Part shown: one piece after another, positions 63,334 to 64,000 of the stretch
Layout: the number at the start of each line of letters is the position of its first letter
Position numbering within the stretch: the first letter of the stretch is position 1
The notes under the pieces: generated by a model
Seen by the model: only the letters and a program-made list of their open reading frames with translations
The model's database searches: none
Told to the model about the DNA's origin: nothing
Program-made: the position numbers and the translations under genes
Assembly: GCF_006345805.1 (NCBI RefSeq)
Contig: NC_043002.1
Coordinates: forward strand, 74,648,001 to 74,712,000
Direction of reading: 5' to 3'
DNA from: Octopus sinensis
Taxonomy: Eukaryota
Length of the DNA stretch: 64,000 bases

Positions 63334-63557
63334 TGTTGAAGCACCTGAAATTCAAGAATGTTGTCAGAAAACATTGCAAGACTTCAATCTGTGTATGTTC
63401 TATGAACCTGTCTGCTACAACAGTAGAGATAATGTGTTTACACCCCTGCGCCACCACAGTTCATCTTCCATTGATCACCTCCAATATTTGGATGATGATA
63501 TTGTGTTCAAGATTGCTGTCATCTGCATGGCAACCGTACATTTGCTTGAAAGAAATG
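63334..63557 (+). CDS. SMG5: SMG5 coding exon I (224 nt); gene continues beyond the window
   Basis: Poly-T tract plus tgtAG acceptor and atg|GTtagt donor. Encodes VEAPEIQECCQKTLQDFNLCMFYEP...YLDDDIVFKIAVICMATVHLLERNG (compare SMG5 LEDFNLCLFY...LIFQMVIICLMCVHSLERAG). Only the C-terminal part of the 282-aa ORF call is real. Confidence 0.94.
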
Positions 63558-64000
63558 GTTAGTCTTTTATCTTCTTATTGCAGACTTTGTATTTTTTTGT
63601 TTCTTTCTTGTATTTTTTTTTGTTTTAAATGTTTTTCTTTTTACTGTATTTGTAAAAAAAAAAAAAATTATTTGCTCTTTTAGTTGTTTTAATTTGTTTT
63701 TGTTCATGTGGATATTTTTCTAATTTTACTGGCATTTGTATTTTTCCTCCCTTTCATGATGCAAATTGAATTGTAAATTTATGTGATCTGAATTGAGTGT
63801 TTTTCTCTTTTTATTTGTTTCTATCTTTGAAATGGATTAAATTAATTATTTATCTATACATTTATTAATTTATACTTTTGCAACTTTTTTAAAATTAATA
63901 AACAAAATGATGTTGTTATAGTATTTCGAAGAAGGTACTCTGTTGTGATTTCACTGTGCCATATCTAAGTATGTATGAAAAGGTGCATAATATAATATAA

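Noticed and set aside
38387-63557. Assignment as SMG6, SMG7 or EST1A
   Set aside because: DYGRKAEE.LWRKV, RTHL, DIKR and DFNLC.FY motifs follow SMG5 throughout.

Overview
AT-rich, repeat-dense animal genomic DNA. The SINE/RTE families and the microsatellite load look like an octopod cephalopod (inference from recalled repeat families; no search was run). One gene is clearly present: nine spliced, phase-consistent coding exons on the + strand (38387-63557, 1079 nt, about 359 aa) encoding the N-terminal EST1/14-3-3-like TPR region of the nonsense-mediated decay factor SMG5. I could not find the ATG-containing first exon, and the C-terminal PIN domain lies beyond the window, so 1-38386 is probably a long intron. 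The rest is a mosaic of tRNA-derived SINEs (at least 3 families), RTE LINEs of different ages (two with a PHD-like C4HC3 finger inside ORF2), DD37D Tc1/mariner remnants, TTAA piggyBac-type MITEs, hAT and Tigger-like MITEs, and simple repeats. Almost all ORFs in the supplied track are repeat artefacts. Best leads: inverted MITE pairs tightly flanking SMG5 exon blocks (circRNA or editing geometry), a frame-compatible candidate poison or alternative-start exon upstream of the first visible SMG5 exon, an 83-bp inverted templated insertion copied from 2.6 kb away, a Penelope-type minimal hammerhead motif, and a multi-layer nested TE stack. None of these is demonstrated to be functional.
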